64,000 bases of DNA from Minisyncoccota bacterium (GTDB taxonomy: Bacteria > Patescibacteriota > Minisyncoccia > Phycocordibacterales > JAACPR01): positions 34,841 through 98,840 of the forward strand of contig JBAYWG010000002.1 in the NCBI GenBank assembly GCA_041674225.1, read 5' to 3'. How positions within the stretch are numbered: position 1 is the stretch's first letter; each line of letters starts with the position of its first letter. This document shows, piece after piece, positions 48,022 to 58,071 of the stretch. Under the pieces are notes generated by a model. That model saw only the letters and a list, made by a program, of their open reading frames with translations. It had not been told where the DNA came from and ran no database searches. Position numbers and translations under genes: made by a program.

Positions 48022-49284
48022 TTGCTTATGAGACAATCAAAACTTTTTACAAAGACTAGAAAAGAATCACCAAAAGATGAAGTATCAAAAAATGCAGATT
48101 TATTAATTCGTGCGGGATTTATTCATAAAGAAATGGCTGGAGTGTATTCTCTTCTTCCTCTTGGTTTGAAGACGATGAATAAAATTGAAGAAATTGTGCG
48201 TGATGAAATGAATAAAATCGACGGACAAGAAGTCTCTTTGGCTGCACTACAAGAAAAAGAACTTTGGGAAAAAACAAATCGTTGGGATGATGTAGTAGTA
48301 GATAACTGGTTTAAAACAAAATTAAAAAACGAGACTGAATTAGGTTTAGCTTTTACACACGAAGAACCGATCACTCGTCTGATGAAAGATCATATTTTGT
48401 CATACAACAATTTACCTAAATATGCATATCAATTTCAAACAAAATTTAGAAATGAAACACGTGCAAAATCTGGAATATTAAGAGGAAGAGAATTCTTAAT
48501 GAAAGATTTATATTCTTTTTCTAAAGACGAAGCTCAACACAATGAATTTTATGAAAAAGCGAGTGATGCTTATAAAAATATTTTTGATCGAGTTGGTATT
48601 GGTCATTTAACATATAAGACTTTTGCATCAGGTGGAGTGTTTGCAGAATTTTCTCATGAATTTCAAACTGTTACAGATGCTGGTGAAGATTTGATTTATA
48701 TTGATGAAGAGAGTGGAATGGCAGTAAATAAAGAAGTTTTGACTGATGAAGTTTTAAATAAATTAAAATTGAGCAGAGATAAATTAGTTGAAAAGAAATC
48801 AATCGAAGTTGGAAATATTTTTAGCTTAGGAACAAAATTTTCTGAACCTTTGGAATTAATTTTCACAGATGAAAAGGGAAATCGTGTGCCAGTTATCATG
48901 GGATGTTACGGAATTGGTATTGGAAGATTGATGGGAACTGTTGTAGAAGTTTTATCTGACGACAAAGGGATTGTGTGGCCAAAAAGTGTGAGTCCTTTTG
49001 ATTTGCATTTGATTTGTTTAAATACTGATAATGCAGAAGTACTCGATGAAGCCAATAAAATTTATGAAAGCCTAAATAAAAATGGATTTTCTGTTTTGTT
49101 TGATGATAGAGACAAACAAGCTGGAGAAAAATTTGCCGATAGTGACCTAATTGGTATTCCAACAAGAATTATTGTGAGCAAAAAGACTTTAGTTTCAGGC
49201 GCGCACGAAGTAGTAGACCGATCTAGTCAAGAGGTGTCAGAATTCTCAACATCTGCTATTGTAAGTGGTGCGTTTTTAAAATAG
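48022..49284 (+). CDS. proS: prolyl-tRNA synthetase (short form lacking INS editing domain)
   Basis: N-terminus matches bacterial ProRS (LLIRAGFIHKEMAGVYSLLPLG); class II motifs; C-terminal anticodon-binding domain. Confidence 0.8.
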   Translation: MLMRQSKLFTKTRKESPKDEVSKNADLLIRAGFIHKEMAGVYSLLPLGLKTMNKIEEIVRDEMNKIDGQEVSLAALQEKELWEKTNRWDDVVVDNWFKTKLKNETELGLAFTHEEPITRLMKDHILSYNNLPKYAYQFQTKFRNETRAKSGILRGREFLMKDLYSFSKDEAQHNEFYEKASDAYKNIFDRVGIGHLTYKTFASGGVFAEFSHEFQTVTDAGEDLIYIDEESGMAVNKEVLTDEVLNKLKLSRDKLVEKKSIEVGNIFSLGTKFSEPLELIFTDEKGNRVPVIMGCYGIGIGRLMGTVVEVLSDDKGIVWPKSVSPFDLHLICLNTDNAEVLDEANKIYESLNKNGFSVLFDDRDKQAGEKFADSDLIGIPTRIIVSKKTLVSGAHEVVDRSSQEVSEFSTSAIVSGAFLK

Positions 49285-49298
49285 CGTTCTACTAAAAT

Positions 49299-50390
49299 AT
49301 GGTAAATGAAAAGAAAGAAAAATGGAGCTTTAAAGGCCTTTTGGATAAAATCTGGCGCTCTCTTTCTAATGATATTGGTATCGATTTAGGTACCGCAAAT
49401 ACTCTTGTTTATGTTCCTGGGAAAGGTGTGGTTTTGAATGAACCTTCTGTTGTGGCTGTTAACACAAAGACTGGTCAAGTGGTAGCGGTGGGATCTGAAG
49501 CAAAAAGAATGCTAGGACGGACACCTGGTCACGTTCAAGCGATACGTCCACTTGTTGACGGAGTTATTTCTGATTTCGAAGTGACAGAAGAAATGATTAG
49601 TTACTTGGTGAAGCGAGCTATTAAAGAACATAAAACTATTTTAGGTCCGAGAGTTGTTGTGGGTGTGCCTTCTGGTGTGACAAACGTGGAGTCTCGAGCT
49701 GTGAGAGATGCAGTAATAAATGCGGGAGCAAGAAAAGTTTATATTGTAGAAGAACCAACTGCAGCTGCGATTGGAATTCGTCTTCCGATAAATGAACCAG
49801 TTGGAAATATGGTGATTGATATTGGAGGAGGTACTTCTGATATTGCTGTAATTTCTTTGGGAGGAATTGTTCGTTCAAAAAATTTAAAGATTGCCGGAGA
49901 TAAATTAAATAATGATATTTCCTCATATATTCGAAGTGAATTTAAAATTTTAATTGGTGAAAGAACTGCTGAAGAAATAAAAATTCAACTAAGCAATATG
50001 GTGCAAGGCGAACAACCTTTGGAAGCTCCTATTAGAGGAAGAGATCTTGTTACAGGATTACCAAGAGAAGTTATTATCACCGACTCTGATATACGAGAAG
50101 CTATTGCGCATTCAATTGGCGCATTGGTAGAAGCTACAAAAGAAGTTTTGGAATCAACTCCACCAGAAATTGTTGCGGATATTATGAAGAGAGGAATTTT
50201 TCTTGTGGGAGGTGGAGCACTAATAAAAGGTCTAGATGTGTTGCTTGAATCAGAATTGCAGATTCCTGTGTATGTAGCACAAGAACCACTAACCGCAGTT
50301 GCGCGAGGTACTGGTGTGATTTTAGAAAACCTAGAAGAGTATAAAGAGGCTATAATGGTAGATGATGATGCATTACCGAAAGAAAAATAA
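49299..50390 (+). CDS. mreB: rod shape-determining protein MreB (paralog 2, in mreBCD-pbp2 operon)
   Basis: IGIDLGTANTLVYVPGKGVVLNEPSVVAV. Confidence 0.85.
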   Translation: MVNEKKEKWSFKGLLDKIWRSLSNDIGIDLGTANTLVYVPGKGVVLNEPSVVAVNTKTGQVVAVGSEAKRMLGRTPGHVQAIRPLVDGVISDFEVTEEMISYLVKRAIKEHKTILGPRVVVGVPSGVTNVESRAVRDAVINAGARKVYIVEEPTAAAIGIRLPINEPVGNMVIDIGGGTSDIAVISLGGIVRSKNLKIAGDKLNNDISSYIRSEFKILIGERTAEEIKIQLSNMVQGEQPLEAPIRGRDLVTGLPREVIITDSDIREAIAHSIGALVEATKEVLESTPPEIVADIMKRGIFLVGGGALIKGLDVLLESELQIPVYVAQEPLTAVARGTGVILENLEEYKEAIMVDDDALPKEK

Positions 50391-51138
50391 AAAATCATAT
50401 TTACTTTTCTTTGTCGCTGTTATTGTAATTTTTTTATTGGGATTTTTGAGTATAAAGTGGCCACAAGCTATTGCAAGAACAATTTCAAATCCTATTTACA
50501 CGGTAAAAAATTTAGTTTCAAAACCTTTTGTTGCGTTAGGAACTTCTTTTCAAGACAAAAAGGAATTAGAAGAAAAGATTTTTACATTAGAAGAAGAATT
50601 AACAAAATTAAAAATTTCTCTCATTGCACAAAATTTTGTAAATTCTCAAATTGAAGATTACAATTTGGAATTAGAAAAAAATTCTGGTGGTGCGATTTCA
50701 AAAGTTTTAAATCGTCCTCCTTTTTCTCCGTACGACACACTGCTTATCTTGAAAGGAGAAAATCAAATTGAAGTTGGAGATTTAGTTTTTATTTATGGTC
50801 TTTATATTGGAGACATTGTAAGTGTTGATACTTATACTGCAAATGTGAAGCTGCGTTCTTCATCTGGAGAAAAGACATTAGTGCGACTGGCAGATATTGA
50901 AATCGAAGCCGAAGGAAAAGGGGGTGGACAATTTATCATTAAGATTCCTAAAGATTTGGAATTAAGTATTGGAGATGCTGTAATGGTTCCTGGATTGAAT
51001 TATGCTTTGATCGGTTCTGTTGGGCAGATTAAAGAAGATCCTATTGCAACCTTTAAAACTGTTTATTTCTCAATTCCTGTGGCGTTTCAAAACATGAATT
51101 TTGTATCAGTGGTTAAAAAATACAGTGTGTTAGAATAG
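50362..51138 (+). CDS. mreC: rod shape-determining protein MreC
   Basis: N-terminal TM, coiled coil, beta-rich C-terminus; position after mreB. Confidence 0.6.
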   Translation: MMMHYRKKNKKSYLLFFVAVIVIFLLGFLSIKWPQAIARTISNPIYTVKNLVSKPFVALGTSFQDKKELEEKIFTLEEELTKLKISLIAQNFVNSQIEDYNLELEKNSGGAISKVLNRPPFSPYDTLLILKGENQIEVGDLVFIYGLYIGDIVSVDTYTANVKLRSSSGEKTLVRLADIEIEAEGKGGGQFIIKIPKDLELSIGDAVMVPGLNYALIGSVGQIKEDPIATFKTVYFSIPVAFQNMNFVSVVKKYSVLE

Positions 51139-51145
51139 TGTCACT

Positions 51146-51403
51146 ATGTTTTGGAGGGTTATTTCAGTTATATTTTTAATTATTTGCATATTCACATTAC
51201 CGTGGTGGATAAATATTATATTTATGGTGTGTGCGGCTTTTTATTTTAAAAGTTTTTATGAAGTAGTTGGACTGGGATTGTTGATGGATTCTATTTTTGG
51301 AAGTGTCGCAATCTTTGATAATTTTTCTTATTTTTTTACATTAGTATTTTTAGTTTCAGTTTTCTTGATTAATAAGGTTAGAGAAAAATTAATCATGTAT
51401 TAA
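51146..51403 (+). CDS. mreD: small membrane protein, probable MreD
   Basis: 85 aa polytopic; synteny between mreC and pbp2. Confidence 0.4.
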   Translation: MFWRVISVIFLIICIFTLPWWINIIFMVCAAFYFKSFYEVVGLGLLMDSIFGSVAIFDNFSYFFTLVFLVSVFLINKVREKLIMY

Positions 51404-51408
51404 ATAAT

Positions 51409-53112
51409 ATGTTTCAAAAAAGAATTAACAAATTCAAACAAAAAAGATATTCAGCCAAAGACATTGCATTGGACGAAGTTTTTTTGGATTCTCACAACTT
51501 ACCAGATTATGATACAAATCAATTAGAAGGTCGTATTGAAAAACCAATTTCAAAAAAAGTTGTTAGTGTGATTTTTTTAGTTTTTATATTTATTTTTCTT
51601 TCTTTTCTTTTTAAAATTTGGAATTTGCAGATTGTGAATGGGCAAAGTTTTGCAAAAATTAGTGAAGAAAACAGTTTGAGACATACTTTGATTTTCTCTG
51701 ATCGTGGAATTGTTTATGACAGAAATCATGTGCCTTTGATTTGGAACGAAAATACAGATGAGGATATAGATTTTAGTTTTAGAAAATATATCGATAAACC
51801 AGGCTTTGCTAACTTGTTGGGTTATGTTAAATATCCTAAAAAAGATTCATCAGGGTTTTATTACACAGAATCTTTTGAAGCTCTCGGAGGTGTGGAACAA
51901 TATTTTGATGAAATAATTTCTGGAAAAAATGGATTGAAGATTATTGAAACAAACGCAACAATGAACGTGGTGGGAGATAATACAATCCAAGATCCTGTTT
52001 CTGGACAAACACTTTCTTTAAGTATTGATGCTGAACTACAATCAAAGCTTTATTCAACAATTGCAGATATTGCAAATCAAGTAGGATTCAAGGGTGGATC
52101 TGGTGTGATCATGGATGTGAACACAGGAGAAGTTTTGGCAGTGACATCGTATCCAGAATTTGATTCAAATGTTTTAACTGAAGGGTCAGACAAAGAAAAA
52201 ATAAATTCATTTCTTAATGATTCAAATAATCGTTTTCTAAATCGCGCGACAAAAGGTTTGTATACTCCTGGATCGATTATGAAACCATTCGTTGCACTTG
52301 GAGCTTTGAATGAAGGAGTAATCTCTCCTGAAAAAGAAATTTTGAGTGTAAAAAATATGGAAGTGCCAAACCCATACGATCCCTCGAACCCATCTATTTT
52401 TACGGACTGGAAAGCTCATGGGTACGTAAATGTTTATGGTGCGTTGGCATATTCTTCAAACGTTTATTTTTATCAAGTGTCTGGTGGATACACTCCAACA
52501 GGACAAAAGGGAATTGGAATCACAAAACTAGAGGAATATTTTAGAGCGTTCGGTTTTGGTGATGATATTAATGATGAGTTTTTGGGAGGAAAGTCTGGAA
52601 CAATTCCAAATCCAAAATGGAAGATAGAAAATTTTGATGGAGATGATTGGCGACTCGGTGATACTTATTTCACAGCAATTGGACAATACGGAGTGCAGGT
52701 GACGCCGATGCAAATTGCGCGAGCTGTATCTGCGATTGCAAACGGAGGAAAATTAATTGAACCAACTGTGAAGCTTGACGATTCTGTAACTATTTTAAAA
52801 AACATAGATAACATTTCACCTCAGAATTTTGACATTATTCAAAAAGGAATGAGAGATGCTGTGGTGTATGGAACAGCAAGAGGTCTTAATTTGAGTAATG
52901 TGGAGATAGCTGCAAAGACTGGTACGGCTGAGCTCGGTGTTTCTAAGGAGAGTGTGAACTCTTCGGTTGTCGGATTCTTTCCTTATCAGGAGCCAAAATA
53001 CGCTTTTGTGGTGATGCTGGAGCAAGGAAGCAGAAGTAATCTAATCGGAGGAGTTGCTGTCATGAGACAGGTTTTAGACTGGATAAACATATATAGACCC
53101 GAATATTTCTAA
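51409..53112 (+). CDS. mrdA: penicillin-binding protein 2 (elongasome transpeptidase)
   Basis: SIMKP (SxxK), SSN, KTGTA motifs. Confidence 0.8.
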   Translation: MFQKRINKFKQKRYSAKDIALDEVFLDSHNLPDYDTNQLEGRIEKPISKKVVSVIFLVFIFIFLSFLFKIWNLQIVNGQSFAKISEENSLRHTLIFSDRGIVYDRNHVPLIWNENTDEDIDFSFRKYIDKPGFANLLGYVKYPKKDSSGFYYTESFEALGGVEQYFDEIISGKNGLKIIETNATMNVVGDNTIQDPVSGQTLSLSIDAELQSKLYSTIADIANQVGFKGGSGVIMDVNTGEVLAVTSYPEFDSNVLTEGSDKEKINSFLNDSNNRFLNRATKGLYTPGSIMKPFVALGALNEGVISPEKEILSVKNMEVPNPYDPSNPSIFTDWKAHGYVNVYGALAYSSNVYFYQVSGGYTPTGQKGIGITKLEEYFRAFGFGDDINDEFLGGKSGTIPNPKWKIENFDGDDWRLGDTYFTAIGQYGVQVTPMQIARAVSAIANGGKLIEPTVKLDDSVTILKNIDNISPQNFDIIQKGMRDAVVYGTARGLNLSNVEIAAKTGTAELGVSKESVNSSVVGFFPYQEPKYAFVVMLEQGSRSNLIGGVAVMRQVLDWINIYRPEYF

Positions 53113-53189
53113 TGTTGTTAAGTTGATTGACTTTATCTCAAAAAAGGTTATAAATATGTCTTATTTTAATGATAAAGTCCTAATAGATT

Positions 53190-53654
53190 ATGCCAAATAA
53201 GCAATATTTAACTCAAGACAAATATACTGAACTGCAAGAAGAATTGCGGGTTTTAATTCATGAAAAGCGAAGAGAAGTCGCTGAACACCTTGAATATGCT
53301 AAATCTATGGGTGATTTATCTGAAAACGCTGAATATCAAGAAGCTCGAGACGAACAAGCTAAAGTAGAGGCTAGAATCTCTCAAATAGAAGAATTGCTAA
53401 AACACGCTCAAATTTTGCAACACAAGAAAAGTGATGTTGTTGAAGCCGGTTCAAAAGTGGTGATCCAAAAGGGTGGAGACAAAGAAAAGAAAGAGTTTAT
53501 TCTAGTTGGATCTGAAGAAGCAGATATGGCAGAAGGTAAACTTTCATACGATTCACCATTAGGAGAAGCTTTGCTTGGAAAAAAGAAAGGTGATGCTGTC
53601 TCAATTGATACTCCAAAAGGAAGTGTAGAATACAAGATTATTTCTGTAGAGTAG
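53190..53654 (+). CDS. greA: transcription elongation factor GreA
   Basis: MGDLSENAEYQEARDEQ; 154 aa. Confidence 0.85.
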   Translation: MPNKQYLTQDKYTELQEELRVLIHEKRREVAEHLEYAKSMGDLSENAEYQEARDEQAKVEARISQIEELLKHAQILQHKKSDVVEAGSKVVIQKGGDKEKKEFILVGSEEADMAEGKLSYDSPLGEALLGKKKGDAVSIDTPKGSVEYKIISVE

Positions 53655-53664
53655 AGTATAATTT

Positions 53665-55152
53665 TTGATTATGACTTCAATAGAAGATTTAAAAAAAGTT
53701 AGAGAAGATAAAATAAATATTTTAAAAGAAAACGGAATCGACGCTTATCCAAGTATTACAAACCGCACACACGAGCTTAAAGAAGTTTTAGAAAAGTTTG
53801 ATGATCTTGAAAAAGATGCGAGGGAAATTCGTGTTGCTGGAAGAATAATGTCTCTACGTGGACAAGGAAAAATTTTCTTTTCAGATATTTATGACGGAAC
53901 TGAAAAATTTCAGATTGTAATTCGTATTGATAATAATCCTATTTATACTGGAATTGAAAATTCAAATGGTATTTCACTTTTTGAAAAAACTGCGGACATT
54001 GGAGATTTTATTGAAGTGGGTGGAAATGTTTTTGTTACAAAGTCAGGGCAAAAAAGTGTTGATGTAAAAGATTGGAGAATTCTTACAAAATCTATTGCAC
54101 CGATTCCGGATACTTTTTATGGTTTGAAAGATGAAGACGAAAGATATCGAAAGCGATATTTGGATTTACTTTTGGATACAGAAAGAAAAAATTTGTTTTA
54201 TAAAAAAGCATCATTCTGGAATGTTGCTCAAAGTTTTTTCTTAAAGAATAATTTTCTTCCTGTAGAGACTCCGACTTTAGAAATCACAACAGGAGGTGCA
54301 GAAGCAAGGCCATTTAAAACTCATCATAATGATTTTGATATGGATGTGTTTTTAAGAATCTCAGTTGGTGAGCTGTGGCAAAAGAGATTGATGGCAGCTG
54401 GTTTTCCTAAAACTTTTGAAATTGGAAGAGTATTTAGAAATGAAGGATCAAGTGCTGAGCATCTACAAGAATTCACAAACTTGGAGTGTTACGCTGCTTT
54501 CATGAATTTAGATGAAGGAAGAGAATTGGTTAAAGAACTTTATCAAACATTAGGAAAAGAAGTTTTTGGTACAACTAAATTTACAGTTGGAAATCATGAA
54601 TTTGATTTAGCTGATGAATGGACTGAGATTGATTATGTTTCTCATATTAAAGAAAAGACGGGAATTGATGTTTTGAATTCTAGTGAAGAAGAGATGATGA
54701 GTAAGTTGAATGAATTGGGAGTGAAGTTTGAAGGAAAAAATAAAGAGAGAATGACAGATTCACTTTGGAAATATTGTCGAAAGGCGATTGCTGGTCCTGC
54801 ATTTTTGATTAATCATCCAAAAATTGTTGCACCACTTTCAAAATCTTTACAGGGAGATGATTTTAGAACAGAAATGTTCCAAGTTATTTTAGCTGGAAGT
54901 GAAGTGGGGAGAGCTCATGCAGAGTTGAATGATCCTATTGAACAACACAATCGTTTAAATACTCAACAAGATTTAATTAAGAGTGGAGACGAAGAGGCGA
55001 TGATGAAAGACGATGAGTTTGTGGAGATGTTAGAACACGGAATGCCTCCGACTTTTGGGTTCGGTTTTGGGGAAAGACTTTTTGCGTTTATGGCGGGGAC
55101 TTCTGTGAGAGAAGCGCAGTTGTTTCCTTTGATGAAGCCTAGAGATAATTAA
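53665..55152 (+). CDS. lysS: lysyl-tRNA synthetase (class II)
   Basis: OB-fold N-terminus; FEIGRVFRNEG motif 2; motif 3. Confidence 0.9.
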   Translation: MIMTSIEDLKKVREDKINILKENGIDAYPSITNRTHELKEVLEKFDDLEKDAREIRVAGRIMSLRGQGKIFFSDIYDGTEKFQIVIRIDNNPIYTGIENSNGISLFEKTADIGDFIEVGGNVFVTKSGQKSVDVKDWRILTKSIAPIPDTFYGLKDEDERYRKRYLDLLLDTERKNLFYKKASFWNVAQSFFLKNNFLPVETPTLEITTGGAEARPFKTHHNDFDMDVFLRISVGELWQKRLMAAGFPKTFEIGRVFRNEGSSAEHLQEFTNLECYAAFMNLDEGRELVKELYQTLGKEVFGTTKFTVGNHEFDLADEWTEIDYVSHIKEKTGIDVLNSSEEEMMSKLNELGVKFEGKNKERMTDSLWKYCRKAIAGPAFLINHPKIVAPLSKSLQGDDFRTEMFQVILAGSEVGRAHAELNDPIEQHNRLNTQQDLIKSGDEEAMMKDDEFVEMLEHGMPPTFGFGFGERLFAFMAGTSVREAQLFPLMKPRDN

Positions 55153-55164
55153 AGAAAATAAAAA

Positions 55165-55200
55165 CCACCTCCTACAAAAAGTAACGAGGTGGTGTGTTTC
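55165..55200. terminator. hairpin terminator (ccacctc...gaggtgg)
   Basis: 7-bp stem, A-run before and T-rich after. Confidence 0.5.
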
Positions 55201-55207
55201 CGTTCAA

Positions 55208-55705
55208 TCACTCACTGCAATTGAATAAAAAGAAGAGGCTCTGTTTTGAATATTTTCCATCAGCGACGAATTTTACCTTTTCGAATTCGAAAAAGGGAAC
55301 TTCGCTGGTGCCTTTGTAGATTTTGGTTAGTTGTTCTTCTTGTGGATTATCTTGATCAGGATCAAAAGAGTAAATATCTTTTCCTGCTGGTATTTCTTTG
55401 AATAATTGGGTCAAGCATAGTGCTGCACCTAATTGACCAAGCATTAAATGATCTTGAGAATATAAAAACTCGAATCTTTCTTGAGTTGTGGTTTCATCAA
55501 TCATTTGACTTACGATGGTCACATCTATTTTACTTCCAGGTTCGGGTAGCTCGATTACACTTGATGAGGTGTAAAAATAGGTCCTGTGTCGGTTGTTTAC
55601 AACAAACTCCAGAAACCACTGAGTCCATGAAAAATCTTCTGGTATTTCAAGAACTCCAATTTTGTTCAAATTAAAGTTGCCGATAGTCTTTTGATCATGC
55701 ATCAT
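55208..55705 (-). CDS. hypothetical protein
   Basis: 165 aa ORF. Confidence 0.4.
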   Translation of the reverse strand: MMHDQKTIGNFNLNKIGVLEIPEDFSWTQWFLEFVVNNRHRTYFYTSSSVIELPEPGSKIDVTIVSQMIDETTTQERFEFLYSQDHLMLGQLGAALCLTQLFKEIPAGKDIYSFDPDQDNPQEEQLTKIYKGTSEVPFFEFEKVKFVADGKYSKQSLFFLFNCSE

Positions 55706-55806
55706 TTTTATTTTTCTTTGTTCAGGTTCTTTAATTGCAAATTACATTTAAAATATATTTTAGTCAAATAAAAATCCCTCGCTAATAAAAGCAAGGGAAG
55801 TTTGAG

Positions 55807-56184
55807 TTATAGAAAACCTAGTAGAATTTTGAGACACAATATATGCAGTATTTGGTCCATTACTACATAAATCACAGCTCCAAAACTTTTTTGTAAAGGA
55901 TCTATGGAGTAAAACAAATTATCTCTCCCGATAAATTTCATCCACTTTGCAGCGAGTGAATATCTATCAATAATCCAGTGAGGAAAGAATATTCCAGCAA
56001 TGAAAAGCATTGAGAAATTACTGGTCCCAACACTAATGATTGTGGTGTAAACGATGACATGAATTGTGCACCATTTGAAACCAGATTTTGTTGGTAAATA
56101 TTTTTGCTCAGACATTTCTCTAGTTTGAAAGAAGAAGTCTGCAATAAAATGCCAAAGTACTAAGTGGATAAACGCATCATTCAT
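55807..56184 (-). CDS. DUF3307-like membrane protein (paralog of 22055..22420)
   Basis: HFIADFFFQT motif. Confidence 0.45.
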   Translation of the reverse strand: MNDAFIHLVLWHFIADFFFQTREMSEQKYLPTKSGFKWCTIHVIVYTTIISVGTSNFSMLFIAGIFFPHWIIDRYSLAAKWMKFIGRDNLFYSIDPLQKSFGAVIYVVMDQILHILCLKILLGFL

Positions 56185-56297
56185 TTTTGTTGGGGTTGAG
56201 TTTTTCTATTAGTAAACTACTTTTTTGCACCAATTTAGTCAAGGAAAGATTTTTATGGGTTGTAATACTGAAAATGTGGATAAAACATTGCACTAAA

Positions 56298-56343
56298 TGG
56301 GTAATAGTGGGGTACAATAGTAATCAAGTGGGATGATGTGGGA
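56298..56343 (+). promoter_or_regulatory. putative MraZ operator: four TGGGN direct repeats (two pairs with 10-bp phasing)
   Basis: TGGGTaatagTGGGGtacaatagtaatcaagTGGGAtgatgTGGGA about 50 nt upstream of mraZ. Confidence 0.5.
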
Positions 56344-56389
56344 AATCGCAAGTTAACCTCAAAATACCGCTTAAAATAAAGATAAAATC

Positions 56390-56824
56390 ATGCTGATTGG
56401 CGAATTCAAACATACACTGGATGACAAAAACAGAGTTTCGCTTCCTTCGAAATTTCGCAAGGAGGTTGGAAAAAAAATAATTGTCACTCATGGTTTGGAT
56501 AACTGTTTGTTCCTTTACACTTTGAAAGATTGGGAAAAAATTGCAGAACAATTTAGTTCTTTGAGTGTTGGTCAAGCTGAAACAAGAGCCTTCAACCGTT
56601 ATATGTTGGGAAGTGCTTCTGAAGTTTTGGTTGATTCAGCTGGAAGAATTTTGATCCCAGAAAATCTAAAAGAAGTTGTTGGTTTAAAAAACAAAGTTGT
56701 ATTCGCTGGTTTGTATAATCGAATCGAAATTTGGCAGGAAGAAGAATGGGATAAATATAAAGCTCAAGTAGTGAAGAATGCCGATCAAATGGCTGAAAAG
56801 CTTGGACAGATCGGGGCAATCTAA
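56390..56824 (+). CDS. mraZ: transcriptional regulator MraZ
   Basis: Duplicated DxxxR motifs (DDKNRVSLP, DSAGRILIP). Confidence 0.85.
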   Translation: MLIGEFKHTLDDKNRVSLPSKFRKEVGKKIIVTHGLDNCLFLYTLKDWEKIAEQFSSLSVGQAETRAFNRYMLGSASEVLVDSAGRILIPENLKEVVGLKNKVVFAGLYNRIEIWQEEEWDKYKAQVVKNADQMAEKLGQIGAI

Positions 56825-56828
56825 TCTT

Positions 56829-57719
56829 ATGAGACACATAACAGTTCTTTTAAAAGAAACAGTAGATGGTCTTTCACCTAAATCCGGAGGCATTTATGTC
56901 GATGGGACTTTGGGAGGAGGTGGTCATACTGAACAAATTTGTAAAGTGGCTCCAGGTAGCACAATCATTGGAATCGATGCCGACTCTGAAGCAATTGAAA
57001 GATCAAAAGCTCGATTGGCAGGGTTTCCTTGCAAGCTTATAACTTCATTAAATTTCAACGACAAGATTGATGAAATTTTAAATGAAAATGAAATTGAAGA
57101 AGTTGATGGAGTTTTGCTTGATTTAGGAATGAGTTCAGATCAATTGGATCGTTCAGGAAGAGGGTTTTCATTTCTAAGAGATGAACCTTTGAAAATGACA
57201 ATGCAATCTGAAGTTTCTAAAGATGATTTAGATGCTTATAAAATTGTGAATCATTTTAATGAAGAACAATTGGCAACAATTATTTATGGATACGGAGAAG
57301 AAACTTATTCAAGAAGAATTGCAAAAGGAATTGTGGAAGCAAGAGAAATTTCTGAAATTAAAACAACAGGACAACTTGCAGACATAATAAAAAAGTCAGT
57401 TCCTTTTAAATATCGAATTGGAAAAACTCATCCAGCTACAAAAACTTTTCAAGCTTTACGAATTTCAGTTAATGACGAACTAGAAAGATTAGAAACTACT
57501 TTAGAAAAATCTTTTAACAGATTAAAAAAGGGTGGGAGATTGTCGGTGATTAGTTTCCATAGTTTGGAAGACAGAATTGTAAAAAGATTTGCAAAAGCAA
57601 AATACGATGAAGGTCTTGCAAATTTAATTACAAAAAAGCCAACAATCCCAACTCCAGAAGAAACAAAAGAAAATCCACGAGCAAGAAGTGCAAAATTAAG
57701 AATCATTGAAAAAAAATAA
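56829..57719 (+). CDS. rsmH: 16S rRNA (cytosine1402-N4)-methyltransferase RsmH
   Basis: DGTLGGGGHT SAM motif; start at ATG 56829 after the mraZ stop. Confidence 0.85.
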   Translation: MRHITVLLKETVDGLSPKSGGIYVDGTLGGGGHTEQICKVAPGSTIIGIDADSEAIERSKARLAGFPCKLITSLNFNDKIDEILNENEIEEVDGVLLDLGMSSDQLDRSGRGFSFLRDEPLKMTMQSEVSKDDLDAYKIVNHFNEEQLATIIYGYGEETYSRRIAKGIVEAREISEIKTTGQLADIIKKSVPFKYRIGKTHPATKTFQALRISVNDELERLETTLEKSFNRLKKGGRLSVISFHSLEDRIVKRFAKAKYDEGLANLITKKPTIPTPEETKENPRARSAKLRIIEKK

Positions 57720-58071
57720 CTTTAAAAATATTATGAATTACAGAAATCAAACAAGAGCAAAAGCAAAAACTAACGTATTTCTTTCCCAAAATACTATATT
57801 TTGGACACTGTTAGCTTCAATTGCTTTCTTTGCTTTGTTTTATGTATATCTTATAAATGCGACTGTGATGAATACTGCCCAACTTGGAAAAATAGAAGAG
57901 CTTGTCGTAGACACTCGATCAGAAATCAGTCAGTTGGAATTTAAATTAATCGAAGAAAATAAAAACTTTACAAAAGAGTATGCATCTCGAATTGGTTTGG
58001 TGGATGTAGAAGAACCAGTTTTTGTAGCAAGAAATTCAAATTCTGGACTATCTCTTAATGAGCAAAGATAA
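57706..58071 (+). CDS. ftsL: FtsL-like cell division protein
   Basis: Single TM plus coiled coil; dcw synteny. Confidence 0.5.
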   Translation: MKKNNFKNIMNYRNQTRAKAKTNVFLSQNTIFWTLLASIAFFALFYVYLINATVMNTAQLGKIEELVVDTRSEISQLEFKLIEENKNFTKEYASRIGLVDVEEPVFVARNSNSGLSLNEQR

